A stretch of DNA of 64,000 nt from an uncultured Verrucomicrobiae bacterium (GTDB lineage: Bacteria; Verrucomicrobiota; Verrucomicrobiia; Chthoniobacterales; Chthoniobacteraceae). Under the pieces are notes generated by a model. The model did not search any database, was not told where the DNA came from, and was given only the letters and a program-made list of their open reading frames with translations. The stretch covers positions 128,001-192,000 of the forward strand of contig CAWHEP010000002.1 of assembly GCA_963828525.1 (NCBI GenBank), written 5' to 3'. Below are positions 1 through 10,753 of this stretch, piece by piece (the stretch's first letter is position 1; every line of letters begins with the position of its first letter). A program made the translations under genes and the position numbers.

Positions 1-2
1 CG

Positions 3-425
3 TTGCCCGAGGAAGAACGGCGTGGCTTGCTGATCGACTACGCGGAGCGCTCGGCGCGGTGCGCCCCCAAGGAAGGCGAAACCTTCGACCTCGAAGATAT
101 CCGCAAGGACGAGGAATGCGCGGACACCGTGGGTATTTTCCTGAAGCTCGACGCCGATCAGCGCGTCCACTTTAACGTTTCCCTCGGCCCTCAAGTGCAG
201 ACCCTCACCAAAGCAATGACTTCCATCCTGTGCAAGGGGTTGGAAGGCTGCTCGCTTGCCCAGATTGCCGATCTACCCTCGGACTTCGTCCTGCGGATCG
301 TCGGCGGCCAGCTCGTGCGCGTCCGCAGCCAGACGGTGTATTACATCCTCACCCGGATTAAAGGAGCCTGCAAAGTGCTCTTCAACAGGTTGCGCGCCGC
401 GGAATCCTCCCGCCCGCCGCAATAG
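3..425 (+). CDS. SufE-family Fe-S cluster assembly protein (N-terminus probably cut by window edge)
   Basis: Size and layout fit SufE/CsdE: LLIDYA near the N-terminus, a single Cys in DEECADTVGIF, and a C-terminal VRSQTVYYIL helix. Confidence 0.65.
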   Translation: MPEEERRGLLIDYAERSARCAPKEGETFDLEDIRKDEECADTVGIFLKLDADQRVHFNVSLGPQVQTLTKAMTSILCKGLEGCSLAQIADLPSDFVLRIVGGQLVRVRSQTVYYILTRIKGACKVLFNRLRAAESSRPPQ

Positions 426-466
426 CAGTTCCACCTGCCCGCAATCTCAGCGGGTTGGGGGAAATA

Positions 467-1432
467 TCAACGCGCCAGATACGCTCCCACTTTGGCGTCA
501 AGTTCCCCCGCCTGCTTCTCCCGTTTCCGGCCAGCCGGTTCTATGTGTACAAGCACATCCGCTATCGACGAGTTCGAGCCTTTCACGGAGTCCTTTACCT
601 CGTGCGCGATCCGGTGGCCATCCCGCACCGAGATGCCGCCATCCACCTCGGCGTGCAAATCCACATAGAAGCGCAGACCCATCTTGCGTATGCGACACTG
701 GTCGATCGCTTCCACCCCGGGAACGTTCCTCGCGGCCGCCCGCACCTGGTCTTCCAGCTCTTTCGCCGGCGCGGTGTCCATCAATTCAAACAGCGCCGGC
801 ATAAACAGCTTCACCCCGTTCACCGCGATCAACCCGCAAGCGAAAAGCGCCGCCCAATCATCAGCGGTCTCATAGCCCTTCCCCATGATCGTGGCGATGG
901 AGATACCGATGAACGCCGCCGCGGACGTGAGGGCGTCGCTGCGGTGATGCCACGCGTCTGCCTTTAGCGCGGTACTCTGCGCGTCTTTGCCCGCGCGGAT
1001 GACGACGCGGTACAGGACTTCTTTGATCGCGATCACGGCGACAAGAATGAATAGTGTGAATGGGGCCGGAGCCGGGTGCGGCGTGTATATCATCCGGATG
1101 CTCTCGACGCTCAGCGCGAGAGCCGCCGCGACAACCGCGAGCGAGACGACGATGGCTGCCACCGGCTCCGCTTTGCCGTGGCCGTACGGGTGACTTTCAT
1201 CCGGCGGCTTGGAGGCCAGCTTCAGACCGCCCCAGATGATGGCTGAACCTGCTATGTCCAGCGTTGATTCAATGCCATCCGCGATCAGAACGTAAGAGTT
1301 CCCCAGCAGGCCAGCGGTGATCTTCACCACCGCCAGGACGACGTTGGTTAGCATTCCTATGAACGCGGTCCGCATTCCCGGACGGAGGTTCGCCGCGACT
1401 CTGTCGCTTGCGGCATCGCTGTTCACAGTCAT
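467..1432 (-). CDS. Cation diffusion facilitator (FieF/CzcD-like) transporter
   Basis: Motifs LIADGIESTLD, KPPDESHPYGHGKAE, ADAWHHRSD, and C-terminal VDLHAEV...VLVHIEP. Start placed at ATG 1432 (MTVNSD). Confidence 0.93.
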   Translation of the reverse strand: MTVNSDAASDRVAANLRPGMRTAFIGMLTNVVLAVVKITAGLLGNSYVLIADGIESTLDIAGSAIIWGGLKLASKPPDESHPYGHGKAEPVAAIVVSLAVVAAALALSVESIRMIYTPHPAPAPFTLFILVAVIAIKEVLYRVVIRAGKDAQSTALKADAWHHRSDALTSAAAFIGISIATIMGKGYETADDWAALFACGLIAVNGVKLFMPALFELMDTAPAKELEDQVRAAARNVPGVEAIDQCRIRKMGLRFYVDLHAEVDGGISVRDGHRIAHEVKDSVKGSNSSIADVLVHIEPAGRKREKQAGELDAKVGAYLAR

Positions 1433-1618
1433 CTTGAAAAGAGTTGCGGCGCCTCGCGTCCCGAGCGGGCAGAGCCGATCATCCCTCGCGCGGAGAGCCA
1501 AAGCAAGTTCGTTGCGCAGCCCAAAAAGGGCATGAGGTCATTACGGACGCTGCAACCGATTTGAAGGTGGCTGCGTTCTAAAGGAACTGAGCTATATTGC
1601 CCGATTGATTTCTAAACG

Positions 1619-1906
1619 ATGGCTGCTGCGTCCCAACGAATCCAGGTAGAAGCGACAGTTCTCAACAAGCTGGGGTTGCATGCCCGACCCGCTTCCGAAT
1701 TCGTGAAGCGCGCCCGCGCGTTCAAGTCCACGATCCAGATCCTCAAAGGCGGGGAGACTTATTCCGCGTCAAGTATTCTGGACATCCTGAGCGCGAACTT
1801 GGATTTCGGCTCCGCTTTCATCATCGAAGCGGAAGGCCCGGACGCGGAAGAAGCTTTGGGGAAATTAACGGAGCTTCTGAGGGAGTTCCCGAACCAGGAA
1901 GACTAA
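1619..1906 (+). CDS. ptsH: Phosphocarrier protein HPr
   Basis: NKLGLHARPA (His15 motif), ASSILDIL (Ser46 region), AEGPDAEEA; 95 aa. Confidence 0.93.
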   Translation: MAAASQRIQVEATVLNKLGLHARPASEFVKRARAFKSTIQILKGGETYSASSILDILSANLDFGSAFIIEAEGPDAEEALGKLTELLREFPNQED

Positions 1907-1914
1907 CCGCCTCT

Positions 1915-2877
1915 CTATTCATGGGCCGCCTTCCGCAGCCGCTCCATGATCGCTCTTCCCAAGCCTTTTTCCGGCAGTTGCTCCACGACGATAAGGTCGA
2001 GCTTTAGCGCGTCCAGTTTGCGCATTACGGAAAACAACCGCGTTGCCGCTTCCCGCAGATCCTGGCGCTCGCTGAACGCTTCCACCGCGACATAGGTCGC
2101 GGGCGCGGGCTGGTTCCACGCGGCCAGTCCGTATCGCGCGCCTTCAGGGACTCGGACCTCGGCCGCGTTTCGCACAATCCGCAACGGAGTGCGCGGCGCG
2201 TAGTGGCTTTTCATCTGCCCCGGGGCTGAGAGCGCCTGCTGCTCACCGACAGCCACCACCCTTCCGCATTCCGCAAGCATCTCTTCCGTCACGGGCCCAT
2301 GGCGCAGTATCTCGATGTCCCTCCCGGTCACCATTATGATGGTGGACTCCAGTCCGTGCGGCGCGCTTCCCCCATCCACGATGAGAGGCACGCGCCCCCC
2401 GAGTTCCTCCGCGACATCATCCCGACTGGTGGGGCTTATTCTTCCGAAACGGTTGGCGCTGGGAGCCGCGAGAGGTCCTCCAAACCCCTCAATCACCTCC
2501 CGAAAGAGCGGATGGGCGCTCATCCGAACGGCGACGGTCGGAAGTCCCGCGGCGGTGATGTCCGGTATGACGCCGGTCCTCGGCAGCACTATCGTCAAAG
2601 GCCCAGGCCAAAACCGGGCGGTTAACTCCCCTATCAGCGTCGCTTCGTCCGCGCCGATCGTTGCGATTCGGTTCAGCCATTGGAGATCGGGGAGGTGAAC
2701 GATGAGAGGATCAAAAAACGGCCTGTTTTTCGCCTCGAAAATCTTTGCCACCGCGTCGGCTCTGGTGGCATCGCCCGCCAGTCCATAGACCGTTTCCGTC
2801 GGCAGAGCGACCACCTCTCCCGCTCGGAGCAGGCTCACGGCTTTCGCCACGATCTCCGCTCGTTCGACTTCTTCCAT
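1915..2877 (-). CDS. tsaC: L-threonylcarbamoyladenylate synthase (Sua5 type)
   Basis: VALPTETVYGL, KNRPFFDPLIVH, APSANRFG, and the Sua5 domain PGQMKSHYAP. Start at ATG 2877. Confidence 0.95.
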   Translation of the reverse strand: MEEVERAEIVAKAVSLLRAGEVVALPTETVYGLAGDATRADAVAKIFEAKNRPFFDPLIVHLPDLQWLNRIATIGADEATLIGELTARFWPGPLTIVLPRTGVIPDITAAGLPTVAVRMSAHPLFREVIEGFGGPLAAPSANRFGRISPTSRDDVAEELGGRVPLIVDGGSAPHGLESTIIMVTGRDIEILRHGPVTEEMLAECGRVVAVGEQQALSAPGQMKSHYAPRTPLRIVRNAAEVRVPEGARYGLAAWNQPAPATYVAVEAFSERQDLREAATRLFSVMRKLDALKLDLIVVEQLPEKGLGRAIMERLRKAAHE

Positions 2878-2896
2878 TCGCAAGCGCTGGCGCTGG

Positions 2897-4057
2897 TTAC
2901 CTGGCCTTCCCCGCCGTTGAACCCCGGAGGAGAGCGGCGCGGGCGGCCGTCGCCGTCTCCTCTGCCTCGGAGGTGCTCTCGCCAAACGCAAGCAGGTGTC
3001 CCATCTTGCGCCCCTTCCGCGGAATGGCCTTGCCATAGAGGTGCAGCTTGACGGTTGGGAATGCCGTTGCTGCTTCCCAATCCGGTTCCCCGCCTTCCCA
3101 AAGGTCACCAAGCAGATTCGCCATTGCCACAGGGCGAAACAGTTCGCTGGAACCCAGCGGAAGGCCGCATACAGCCCGGAGCTGCTGCTCAAACTGGCTC
3201 GTCACGCAGCCCCCGTATGTGTAGTGCCCGCTGTTATGCGGTCGCGGCGCGAGTTCATTCACCAGTAGCTGGCCATCCTTCAAGAGGAACATCTCCACCG
3301 CGAGGATGCCGACAAGCTCCAGTTTTTCCGCGATCAATGTGGCCATCTCCACAGCCGCGACCCGCGTGGCCTCGCTCACTCGCGCGGGCGCGATCGTGAT
3401 GTCGAGGATGTGATCCCGATGCATATTTTCGCACACCGGATGCGTGACGACCGCGCCATCCACCCCGCGGGCGACGATCACAGATAACTCCTTCGCGAAT
3501 GGGACAAACTTCTCCAGGACAGCCTCTTGCCGGGACGACGCATTCCAGATCTTGACCGGGTCGTCTCCCTCGAAAATGGCATGCTGCCCCTTCCCATCAT
3601 ACCCGAACGCCGCCCCCTTCAGCACTGCGGGAGCGCCAATCTTCGCCAGCGCCTCTGCCAGAGACTGCGCGTCTGTCACCCGCATGAACGGCGCGAGAGG
3701 CAGACCGTTTGCCGATAGAAAACTTTTCTCCCGGAGCCGATCCTGCGAAAGGTGCAAGATTTTCGCGGCGGGACGCGTATCGCAATACTCGCCGCACCAT
3801 TCCAGCGTGAGAGCCGGTATGTTCTCAAACTCAAATGTCAGGACATCCACCGTTTTGGCGAAAGCGCGAACGGCGCGCTCGTCATCGTAACGGGCAACCG
3901 TTCCCGCGTCCGCGACCTGCAGGGCAGGGCTATCCGCCTCGGGGCAAAAACAATGCGCGCGGTACCCCATCCTCCTGGCCTCCGCTATAAACATCCTGCC
4001 GAGTTGCCCGCCTCCCAGCAACCCGATCACGCGACCGGGAAGAATGGGGCCGCTCAT
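2897..4057 (-). CDS. purK: N5-carboxyaminoimidazole ribonucleotide synthase
   Basis: [41 protein letters not shown]...RKMGH. Confidence 0.97.
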   Translation of the reverse strand: MSGPILPGRVIGLLGGGQLGRMFIAEARRMGYRAHCFCPEADSPALQVADAGTVARYDDERAVRAFAKTVDVLTFEFENIPALTLEWCGEYCDTRPAAKILHLSQDRLREKSFLSANGLPLAPFMRVTDAQSLAEALAKIGAPAVLKGAAFGYDGKGQHAIFEGDDPVKIWNASSRQEAVLEKFVPFAKELSVIVARGVDGAVVTHPVCENMHRDHILDITIAPARVSEATRVAAVEMATLIAEKLELVGILAVEMFLLKDGQLLVNELAPRPHNSGHYTYGGCVTSQFEQQLRAVCGLPLGSSELFRPVAMANLLGDLWEGGEPDWEAATAFPTVKLHLYGKAIPRKGRKMGHLLAFGESTSEAEETATAARAALLRGSTAGKAR

Positions 4058-4551
4058 GGCAACACAGTGCCAAGGGTCTCGGATGTCTGCCGCTCACGAA
4101 AACGCTCCAGGGCATCGCGGATCGCGCTATCGCCAAGCCCGAGGATGCTGGCTGCGAGCAGAGCCGCGTTCTTCGCCCCGGCGGCGCCTATGGCCAGCGT
4201 TCCCACAGGGATTCCCCCGGGCATCTGAACGATCGAGAGGAGCGAATCCATACCCTTCAGTACTTTGCTCTCCACCGGCACGCCAAGCACAGGCAGCCAC
4301 GTATGCGCGGCTATCATGCCCGGAAGGTGCGCCGCGCCTCCAGCCCCGGCTATGATGACTTTGATTCCGCGCGAGGCCGCTTCCGACGCGAACTCCGCCA
4401 TAAGATTTGGGGAGCGATGCGCGGACACAACCCGGTATTCACGCGTGATCCCCAATTCATCCAGCATCTCCACGCTATGGCGCATCGTCTCCCAATCGGA
4501 TTTGCTTCCCATCACCACAGCTACTTGAGGAGTCGTTGCATTCATTGCCAT
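4054..4551 (-). CDS. purE: N5-CAIR mutase
   Basis: [37 protein letters not shown]; overlaps the purK start by 4 nt. Confidence 0.97.
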   Translation of the reverse strand: MAMNATTPQVAVVMGSKSDWETMRHSVEMLDELGITREYRVVSAHRSPNLMAEFASEAASRGIKVIIAGAGGAAHLPGMIAAHTWLPVLGVPVESKVLKGMDSLLSIVQMPGGIPVGTLAIGAAGAKNAALLAASILGLGDSAIRDALERFRERQTSETLGTVLP

Positions 4552-4635
4552 AAGCCAGCGCGACAACCAATTCCCACGGAAACTCACTCCGTGTAAAGGC
4601 GAAAGAAAAAAGAGCTCTCAGACTCAAGCCGCCGC

Positions 4636-4666
4636 TTGACAGGGCGACCCAAAAAACCTTTAGTCT
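4636..4666 (+). promoter_or_regulatory. Possible sigma70 promoter of the cold-shock gene
   Basis: TTGACA (4636-4641) and TAGTCT (4661-4666). The 19-nt spacer is long and spans an A homopolymer. Confidence 0.35.
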
Positions 4667-4718
4667 CGCCCGTTCACTGACTTGGGACGCTTTTTTGAGG
4701 GATTACTGAAGGTTGATT

Positions 4719-4931
4719 ATGGAGAGAGGACGGGTAAAATGGTTCGACGAAAAGAAAGGCTTTGGCTTCATCCTTGACCCCGCGGTCAAGGGAGACATTT
4801 TCGTCCATTTCTCTGTGATTCAAGGTCATAGCTACAGGACATTGGAGGAAGGCGAAGAGGTGGAATACGAACTCACTTCCGATGAGAAAGGCCTGAAGGC
4901 CCGCGTGGTTGTCCGATTCACAAAGTCGTGA
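4719..4931 (+). CDS. Cold-shock domain protein
   Basis: GRVKWFDEKKGFGFI (RNP1) and DIFVHFS (RNP2). Confidence 0.95.
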   Translation: MERGRVKWFDEKKGFGFILDPAVKGDIFVHFSVIQGHSYRTLEEGEEVEYELTSDEKGLKARVVVRFTKS

Positions 4932-5470
4932 ATGAGGCGGGCGGCCGGAATATTGTTCTGGTCGGCTTCATGGGAACGGGCAAATCCTCGGTTGGACGCC
5001 GCATAGCGGGTCAACTTGGCTATCGGTTTGTCGATACCGACAGGCTGGTGGTTGAAAAGACGGGCCTTCCCATCACCGAAATCTTCCGCCTGCGCGGAGA
5101 GGAGCGGTTTCGCGTGGAGGAAACGGAATCTCTCCTTTCCCTCGAAGCCATCAAAGCCCATGTCATCGCCACGGGCGGGGGAGTCGTCACGGTCCCCTCC
5201 AACATCCCCCGGCTTCGAACCTTGGGCCTTGTTGTCTGCCTTACCGCCAGCGAGGAAGTCATCCTGGAAAGAGTCTCCCGCAACGATAAACGTCCGCTTC
5301 TAAAAGATGCCGACCCCGCGGCCCGCATCCGCGAGCTCCTCGCCGCGCGCGCTCCCCTTTACCAGGCAGCGGCGCATTTCACTGTCGACACTTCCCTCCG
5401 CTCACATGATGAAGTCGCCTCCGCGATCATCGCGGAATCGCGCCGCGTCCCTTATGAGTCCGCCGGGTGA
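4928..5470 (+). CDS. aroK: Shikimate kinase
   Basis: NIVLVGFMGTGKSSVG, DTD, VIATGGG, RPLL. Confidence 0.95.
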   Translation: MNEAGGRNIVLVGFMGTGKSSVGRRIAGQLGYRFVDTDRLVVEKTGLPITEIFRLRGEERFRVEETESLLSLEAIKAHVIATGGGVVTVPSNIPRLRTLGLVVCLTASEEVILERVSRNDKRPLLKDADPAARIRELLAARAPLYQAAAHFTVDTSLRSHDEVASAIIAESRRVPYESAG

Positions 5471-6518
5471 GCTAAAGTCCGCCCTCTCAGAATTGGCAAA
5501 GTCCCTGGGATTCGCCGTTTGTCGCGTCGCGGCAAGCGGAGCGCCTCCTCATGCCGGAAAGTTTGAGGAGTGGCTCGCGAAGGGTTTCCATGGAGAGATG
5601 GCGTGGATGGCCGCCAACAAAGAGCGACGGACGGATCCTCAAAAAGTGCTGCCCGGAGCCCGCTCGGTGATCGTCCTCGGGATGAACTACTTCCAGGGCG
5701 GCAACCATCCAGGCGGCGGAAAAATCGCGAGGTACGCGTGGGGGGATGATTATCACGACTTGATCGAAAGCCGGCTGCGGCAGATGGCGGCCTTCCTTAG
5801 CCGTCACGGGGGAAGCCAGAAATGCTACGTCGATACAGGCCCCATTCTTGAGCGGGACTTCGCGGCCCTGTCCGGCGCCGGCTGGCATGGCAAGAGCGCG
5901 ATGTTGATCCATCCTCAACTCGGCGCATGGTTTTTCCTCGCGGAAATCCTTACCACGCTCTCCCTTCCGGAGGACGCGCCGATGCCAGATCGTTGCGGCA
6001 CATGCAGCCGCTGCATCACGGCCTGCCCGACAGGAGCCATCGTCTCCCCGGGCAATGTGGACGCCCGGCTCTGCGTTTCCTACCTTACGATCGAACTAAA
6101 GGGAAGCATCCCGCTTGAAATGCGGCCTTTGATCGGAGACCGAATCTACGGCTGCGACGACTGTCTTGCCGCATGCCCGTGGAACCGCTTCGCAACCACC
6201 TCCAGCGAGGCAAGCTTCCAGGCCCGCTCCTCGATCTCCGGCATGGCGCTCCGGGATTATCTCAGCATTGACGAAGTGCAATTCCGCGTTCTTTTCAGGC
6301 GCTCTCCTATCAAGAGGATCAAGCGCCGCGGTCTGCTCCGCAACGTGTGCGTCGCGCTGGGAAACGTCGGTACTCCGGACGATCTCCCCGCGCTGCAAAC
6401 TGCGGCGGCCGATCCTGATCCCCTCGTAGCCGAGCACGCCGCGTGGGCGATCGACTCCATAAGGAAGCGTTCACATCAACCACCCGTCGCAAGCGCGGGC
6501 CCCGCGCTAAATCAATAG
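5454..6518 (+). CDS. queG: Epoxyqueuosine reductase QueG
   Basis: IARYAWGDDYH, VDTGPILER, CGTCSRCITACPT, CVSYLTIE, YGCDDCLAACPWN, plus a C-terminal HEAT-like segment. Confidence 0.95.
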   Translation: MSPPGELKSALSELAKSLGFAVCRVAASGAPPHAGKFEEWLAKGFHGEMAWMAANKERRTDPQKVLPGARSVIVLGMNYFQGGNHPGGGKIARYAWGDDYHDLIESRLRQMAAFLSRHGGSQKCYVDTGPILERDFAALSGAGWHGKSAMLIHPQLGAWFFLAEILTTLSLPEDAPMPDRCGTCSRCITACPTGAIVSPGNVDARLCVSYLTIELKGSIPLEMRPLIGDRIYGCDDCLAACPWNRFATTSSEASFQARSSISGMALRDYLSIDEVQFRVLFRRSPIKRIKRRGLLRNVCVALGNVGTPDDLPALQTAAADPDPLVAEHAAWAIDSIRKRSHQPPVASAGPALNQ

Positions 6519-6527
6519 ACCCCGGCG

Positions 6528-7841
6528 TTAGTAGCGGTAATGGTCAGGCTTGAACGGCCCCTCCACGGGGATGCCGAGGTAATCCGCCTGAGTCTTCGTG
6601 AGCTTGCTCAGTTTCACTCCGAGCTTGTCCAGATGCAGACGCGCGACCTTCTCGTCCAGAGCCTTCGGAAGCACATACACCTTCTTGCCGTAGTTCTTGT
6701 AGTTGGTGAAGAGTTCGATCTGCGCCATTACCTGGTTTGTGAATGAACTGCTCATCACGAAAGAGGGATGCCCGGTCGCGCAGCCCAGATTCATCAAGCG
6801 TCCTTCCGCGAGGATCGTGACGCGCTTGCCGCTCGGCCATTCCACCTGATCCACCTGCGGCTTCACATTGATTCGCTTCATCTTCGGATCCTCAAACACG
6901 CTCGCGACATCGATTTCCAAATCGAAATGGCCGATGTTCGCGACGATCGCCTGGTTCTTCATCGCGTCGAGATGCTCCCGGCGGATGATGTCCCGACAAC
7001 CTGTCGCCGTGATGAAGATGTCGCCCTGCGGCGCGATGTCTTCCAGCGTTGTGACCTGGTAGCCTTCCATCGCCGCCTGCAACGCGCAGATCGGGTCGAT
7101 CTCGGTGATGACGACGCGCGCCCCTTGGCCCTTCAATGATTGCGCGCAGCCCTTGCCCACGTCTCCGTATCCGCATACGACCGCCACCTTGCCCGCCACC
7201 ATTACGTCCGTGGCCCGCTTCAACCCGTCCAGCAGCGACTCGCGGCAGCCATAGAGGTTGTCAAACTTCGCCTTCGTGCAGGAATCGTTCACGTTGAAAG
7301 CGGGGCAGCCGAGCGCTGCCTTCTCCACCATCTGGTAAAGCCGATGCACGCCGGTGGTCGTCTCTTCCGAGATGCCGCGGATGCCTTCAAGAAGCTGCGG
7401 GTACTTTTGATGCACCAGCACCGTCAGGTCTCCGCCATCATCCAATATCATGTTCAGCGGCTGCCCGTCCGGCCAAAAAATGGTCTGCTCGATGCACCAG
7501 TCATACTCCTCCAGGCTTTCCCCTTTCCAGGCGAAGACCGGTATGCCGTTGGCGGCAATCGCGGACGCGGCGTGATCTTGCGTGGAAAAAATATTGCAAC
7601 TCGACCAGCGCACGGACGCGCCCAGTTCGATCAGTGTTTCGATCAACACCGCCGTCTGGATGGTCATGTGCAGGCAGCCCGCGATGCGCGCGCCAGCAAG
7701 CGGTTTCAACGTGCCATACTCCTCGCGCAGGGACATCAACCCTGGCATCTCGGTTTCGGCGATCTCGATCTCTTTGCGTCCAAACTCAGCCAGCTTGATG
7801 TCGGCTACTTTGAAGTCTTCGGTCTTTGTTACTGTGCTCAT
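6528..7841 (-). CDS. ahcY: Adenosylhomocysteinase
   Basis: [57 protein letters not shown]. Confidence 0.98.
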   Translation of the reverse strand: MSTVTKTEDFKVADIKLAEFGRKEIEIAETEMPGLMSLREEYGTLKPLAGARIAGCLHMTIQTAVLIETLIELGASVRWSSCNIFSTQDHAASAIAANGIPVFAWKGESLEEYDWCIEQTIFWPDGQPLNMILDDGGDLTVLVHQKYPQLLEGIRGISEETTTGVHRLYQMVEKAALGCPAFNVNDSCTKAKFDNLYGCRESLLDGLKRATDVMVAGKVAVVCGYGDVGKGCAQSLKGQGARVVITEIDPICALQAAMEGYQVTTLEDIAPQGDIFITATGCRDIIRREHLDAMKNQAIVANIGHFDLEIDVASVFEDPKMKRINVKPQVDQVEWPSGKRVTILAEGRLMNLGCATGHPSFVMSSSFTNQVMAQIELFTNYKNYGKKVYVLPKALDEKVARLHLDKLGVKLSKLTKTQADYLGIPVEGPFKPDHYRY

Positions 7842-7869
7842 ATTTATTACTTTGTGATTTCGTTGTTTG

Positions 7870-9048
7870 CTATGCCGCTGCCCGCTTGAGTTCTTCCACC
7901 TTGTCCGTGCGCTCCCATGTCAGAGCGTCCAGATCATCCGTCCGGCCAAAGTGGCCGTAGTTTGTTGTCTTCCGATAGATTGGGCGTAGCAGATCGAGCT
8001 GCTTGATAATCTCGGCCGGCTTGAAGTTGAACACTTCCAGTATTCCCTTTTCGATCTTCGCCTCATCGCATTTGCCGGTGCCAAATGTATCCACATGCAC
8101 GCTTACTGGGTCGGGGAACCCGATGGCGTATGCGAATTGCACCTCGCATCTGTCCGCAAGTCCCGAGGCGACCACGTTTTTTGCCACATACCGGCCCATG
8201 TAAGCAGCGGAACGATCCACCTTGCTCGGGTCCTTGCCCGAAAATGCGCCTCCCCCGTGCCTCCCCATCCCGCCGTAGCTATCCACAATGATCTTTCTGC
8301 CCGTCAATCCCGAGTCGCCCTCCGGACCCCCGACCACGAATCGGCCCGTCGGGTTGATGAGATAGCGTGTTTTCGCGTCGAGCCATGATTCCGGGATCAC
8401 CTTCTTGATGACCAGCTCGATCAATGTCTCCCGAATTTCGCTGTGCTTCACGCCGTCTGCGTGCTGTGACGAAATAACCACCGTATCCACCCGCAGCGGC
8501 TTGTAGCCCTCGTACTCGATCGATACCTGCGTCTTTGCATCCGGGCGCAGCCACTTCACTTCGCCACTTTTGCGAATCCTCGCGAGCTCGCGCCCCAGCT
8601 TGTGGCTGAACTCGATGGGCGCTGGCATCAACTCGGGCGTTTCATTCACCGCGAACCCGAACATCAGCCCCTGGTCGCCCGCCCCCTGCTCCGCCGTGTC
8701 CTTGCCTTCCGCGGCTTTGGCATCCACTCCCTGTGAGATATCCCACGATTGTGGGCTGATCGCGTGCAGCACCTGGCATGTCTCCGCGTGAAAAAGGCAG
8801 TCCTTGTTTGTGTAGCCGATCCCGCGGATCGCCTCCCGCACTTCCTCTATGTAGTCGAACTTCGCGTCCGTGGTGATCTCCCCGGCGATGACTACCAAGT
8901 TCCCTTTTGCCAGCGTTTCACACGCGACACGGCTTTTCGGGTCTTGCGCAAGACAGGCGTCCAGGATGCGATCGCTGATGGTATCGCAAACTTTATCCGG
9001 GTGGCCTTCAGTGACGGATTCCGAGGAGAAGATGTATCGGCGAGCCAT
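7870..9048 (-). CDS. metK: S-adenosylmethionine synthetase
   Basis: [33 protein letters not shown]. Confidence 0.98.
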   Translation of the reverse strand: MARRYIFSSESVTEGHPDKVCDTISDRILDACLAQDPKSRVACETLAKGNLVVIAGEITTDAKFDYIEEVREAIRGIGYTNKDCLFHAETCQVLHAISPQSWDISQGVDAKAAEGKDTAEQGAGDQGLMFGFAVNETPELMPAPIEFSHKLGRELARIRKSGEVKWLRPDAKTQVSIEYEGYKPLRVDTVVISSQHADGVKHSEIRETLIELVIKKVIPESWLDAKTRYLINPTGRFVVGGPEGDSGLTGRKIIVDSYGGMGRHGGGAFSGKDPSKVDRSAAYMGRYVAKNVVASGLADRCEVQFAYAIGFPDPVSVHVDTFGTGKCDEAKIEKGILEVFNFKPAEIIKQLDLLRPIYRKTTNYGHFGRTDDLDALTWERTDKVEELKRAAA

Positions 9049-9071
9049 GGTCAGCGGGGAAAATATTGACG

Positions 9072-9089
9072 TATCATGATGACCTGATA
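9072..9089. promoter_or_regulatory. Candidate SahR operator palindrome (TATCA-N8-TGATA)
   Basis: TATCATGATGACCTGATA in the 54-bp metK/sahR gap, right after TTGACG (9066-9071). Resembles the ATCA...TGAT SahR box. Confidence 0.7.
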
Positions 9090-9102
9090 TATCACCACCG
9101 GA

Positions 9103-10035
9103 ATGCCGTCAATAGTTAAATCGCTGAGACTTCTTTCCGATCCCACTCGCCTGCGCCTGCTGCTCCTCCTCGAGCAGGGCGAACTCTCGGTGGTCGAAAT
9201 CCAGGAAGTTCTCGGCATGGGCCAGTCCCGCATTTCGAGCCATTTGGCGCAGCTAAAGCAGGCGAAACTGGTTCAGGATCGCCGCGCGGGGAAGAACATA
9301 TACTACGGCCTCCGCGCCGATGATGGCGCTGCCGGGGCGCCCTTTCGCGAGATCGTGCGGGCTTCCGCCGCCGAGATTCCCGAGCATGCGCACGACCGCG
9401 AGGCCCTCAAGCTGGTCTTGAGGAAAAGGCAGGACAAAGCCCGCGAGTATTTCGACAGGCTCGCCGGAAAGTTCGGACGCAGCTATTGTCCGGGACGAAC
9501 GTGGAAAGGCCTCGCGCACATGCTGTTCACGCTGCTGCCTCCCATCACGGTGGCCGACCTCGGCGCCGGCGAAGGCACGCTCGCGCAACTGGTCGCCAGG
9601 AACGTAAAGCACGTGATCGCCATCGACAGCTCAGAGAAAATGGTCGAAGTCGGCGCCGCGCTTGCCGCCAAACATGGGTTTGAAAATCTGGAGTACCGAC
9701 TGGGCGATCTCCAGGAACCGCCTATCGCAGCCAGCTCCGTTGACCTCGCGATCCTCAGCCAGGCGCTCCATCACGCGGCCGATCCCCTCAGAGCCTTGCA
9801 AGCCGCCCATGGGATTCTGAAAAAAGGCGGGCGCATCGCCATTTTGGACCTCCTGAATCACAACTTTGAACAGGCGCGCGAACTATACGCCGATCTCTGG
9901 CTTGGCTTTAGCGAAGTCAACCTGCGCGAGATGTTGCGCAAGGCGGGCTTCACTTCCATCGAGATTTCGGTGGTTGCTCGCGAAACCCAGGCCCCTCACC
10001 TCCAGACGGTGTTCGCCACCGCGATCCGAGCGTGA
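9103..10035 (+). CDS. sahR: ArsR-HTH/SAM-binding methyltransferase-fold regulator (SahR type)
   Basis: N-terminal ArsR HTH ([10 protein letters not shown]...QSRISSHL), C-terminal class I MTase fold ([15 protein letters not shown]); divergent from metK-ahcY. Confidence 0.85.
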   Translation: MPSIVKSLRLLSDPTRLRLLLLLEQGELSVVEIQEVLGMGQSRISSHLAQLKQAKLVQDRRAGKNIYYGLRADDGAAGAPFREIVRASAAEIPEHAHDREALKLVLRKRQDKAREYFDRLAGKFGRSYCPGRTWKGLAHMLFTLLPPITVADLGAGEGTLAQLVARNVKHVIAIDSSEKMVEVGAALAAKHGFENLEYRLGDLQEPPIAASSVDLAILSQALHHAADPLRALQAAHGILKKGGRIAILDLLNHNFEQARELYADLWLGFSEVNLREMLRKAGFTSIEISVVARETQAPHLQTVFATAIRA

Positions 10036-10238
10036 CTCAGGAATTTGGCATTGCCGATGCTATCGTAGAGATGAGGATCGCGATGAATTCCGAAGAAACA
10101 GTGGTGGCAAAGCCGGGTGACGCAGAGATCGACAAGATCAAAAAGCGGCTAAGGTGGTTGCGATGGAAAGGCGACGTGCTGATGCGCGAAGTTCGCCTCA
10201 TAGAGCGCCTGAAAAAAGCAGGCGCGAAGCGTCCCTAG
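10032..10238 (+). CDS. Small basic hypothetical protein
   Basis: GTGA overlap with the sahR stop; followed by a hairpin. No recognised motif. Confidence 0.4.
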   Translation: MTQEFGIADAIVEMRIAMNSEETVVAKPGDAEIDKIKKRLRWLRWKGDVLMREVRLIERLKKAGAKRP

Positions 10239-10248
10239 CTTCTCTCCT

Positions 10249-10271
10249 CGGGCGTTTGTAGCAAACGCCCG
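10249..10271. terminator. Hairpin between convergent genes (possible bidirectional terminator)
   Basis: CGGGCGTTTG-TAG-CAAACGCCCG, perfect 10-bp stem. Confidence 0.55.
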
Positions 10272-10296
10272 GGCTTTCAGGCTGCGGACCGCCGGT

Positions 10297-10614
10297 TCAG
10301 GCCGAAGTCGGGAGGCCGGTCGCCAGCGGCGCGGCGGCGACGATGCTCAAAGCTTCCAGAGCGGCGGGCAAACCCTTGTATTTCTTACCCGTCTTCTTCA
10401 CAGCCCCTCGCTGCACCAGGTTCTGAAGTTTCTCGTAAGCGCGCAACCGGAGCATCTCTTCTCCTCCGCTGGCCGCGTTCCTCGCCCGCAGATTCAGGTG
10501 GACAATCGTAAACAAAGCCTTGAATTCGAAAGAACTATTTTTGGACAGGACTGAAACCAACTCTTCGGTAATCGTATCCGGGCCCCGGCGCGAAAAGCCA
10601 AACGCTTTTTTCAT
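10297..10614 (-). CDS. Hypothetical basic protein, possibly winged-helix-like
   Basis: Coherent ORF with segment SGGEEMLRLRAYEKLQNLVQRGAVKK. Confidence 0.65.
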   Translation of the reverse strand: MKKAFGFSRRGPDTITEELVSVLSKNSSFEFKALFTIVHLNLRARNAASGGEEMLRLRAYEKLQNLVQRGAVKKTGKKYKGLPAALEALSIVAAAPLATGLPTSA

Positions 10615-10753
10615 GCGCATTTATAGCACTATTCCCCGGATTGTCCAAGTGGAGTTCGGGTATGCCGCCCAAAACCAGAGTGTCTCCAGCGCCCAGAGCT
10701 GCCGAAACACCGCCACCCAACCAATCCTTTACCACGCTGTCGCCGCGCCGCTC

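Noticed and set aside
9049..9102. SAM riboswitch upstream of metK
   Set aside because: The gap is only 54 bp and is better explained by divergent promoters plus an operator.
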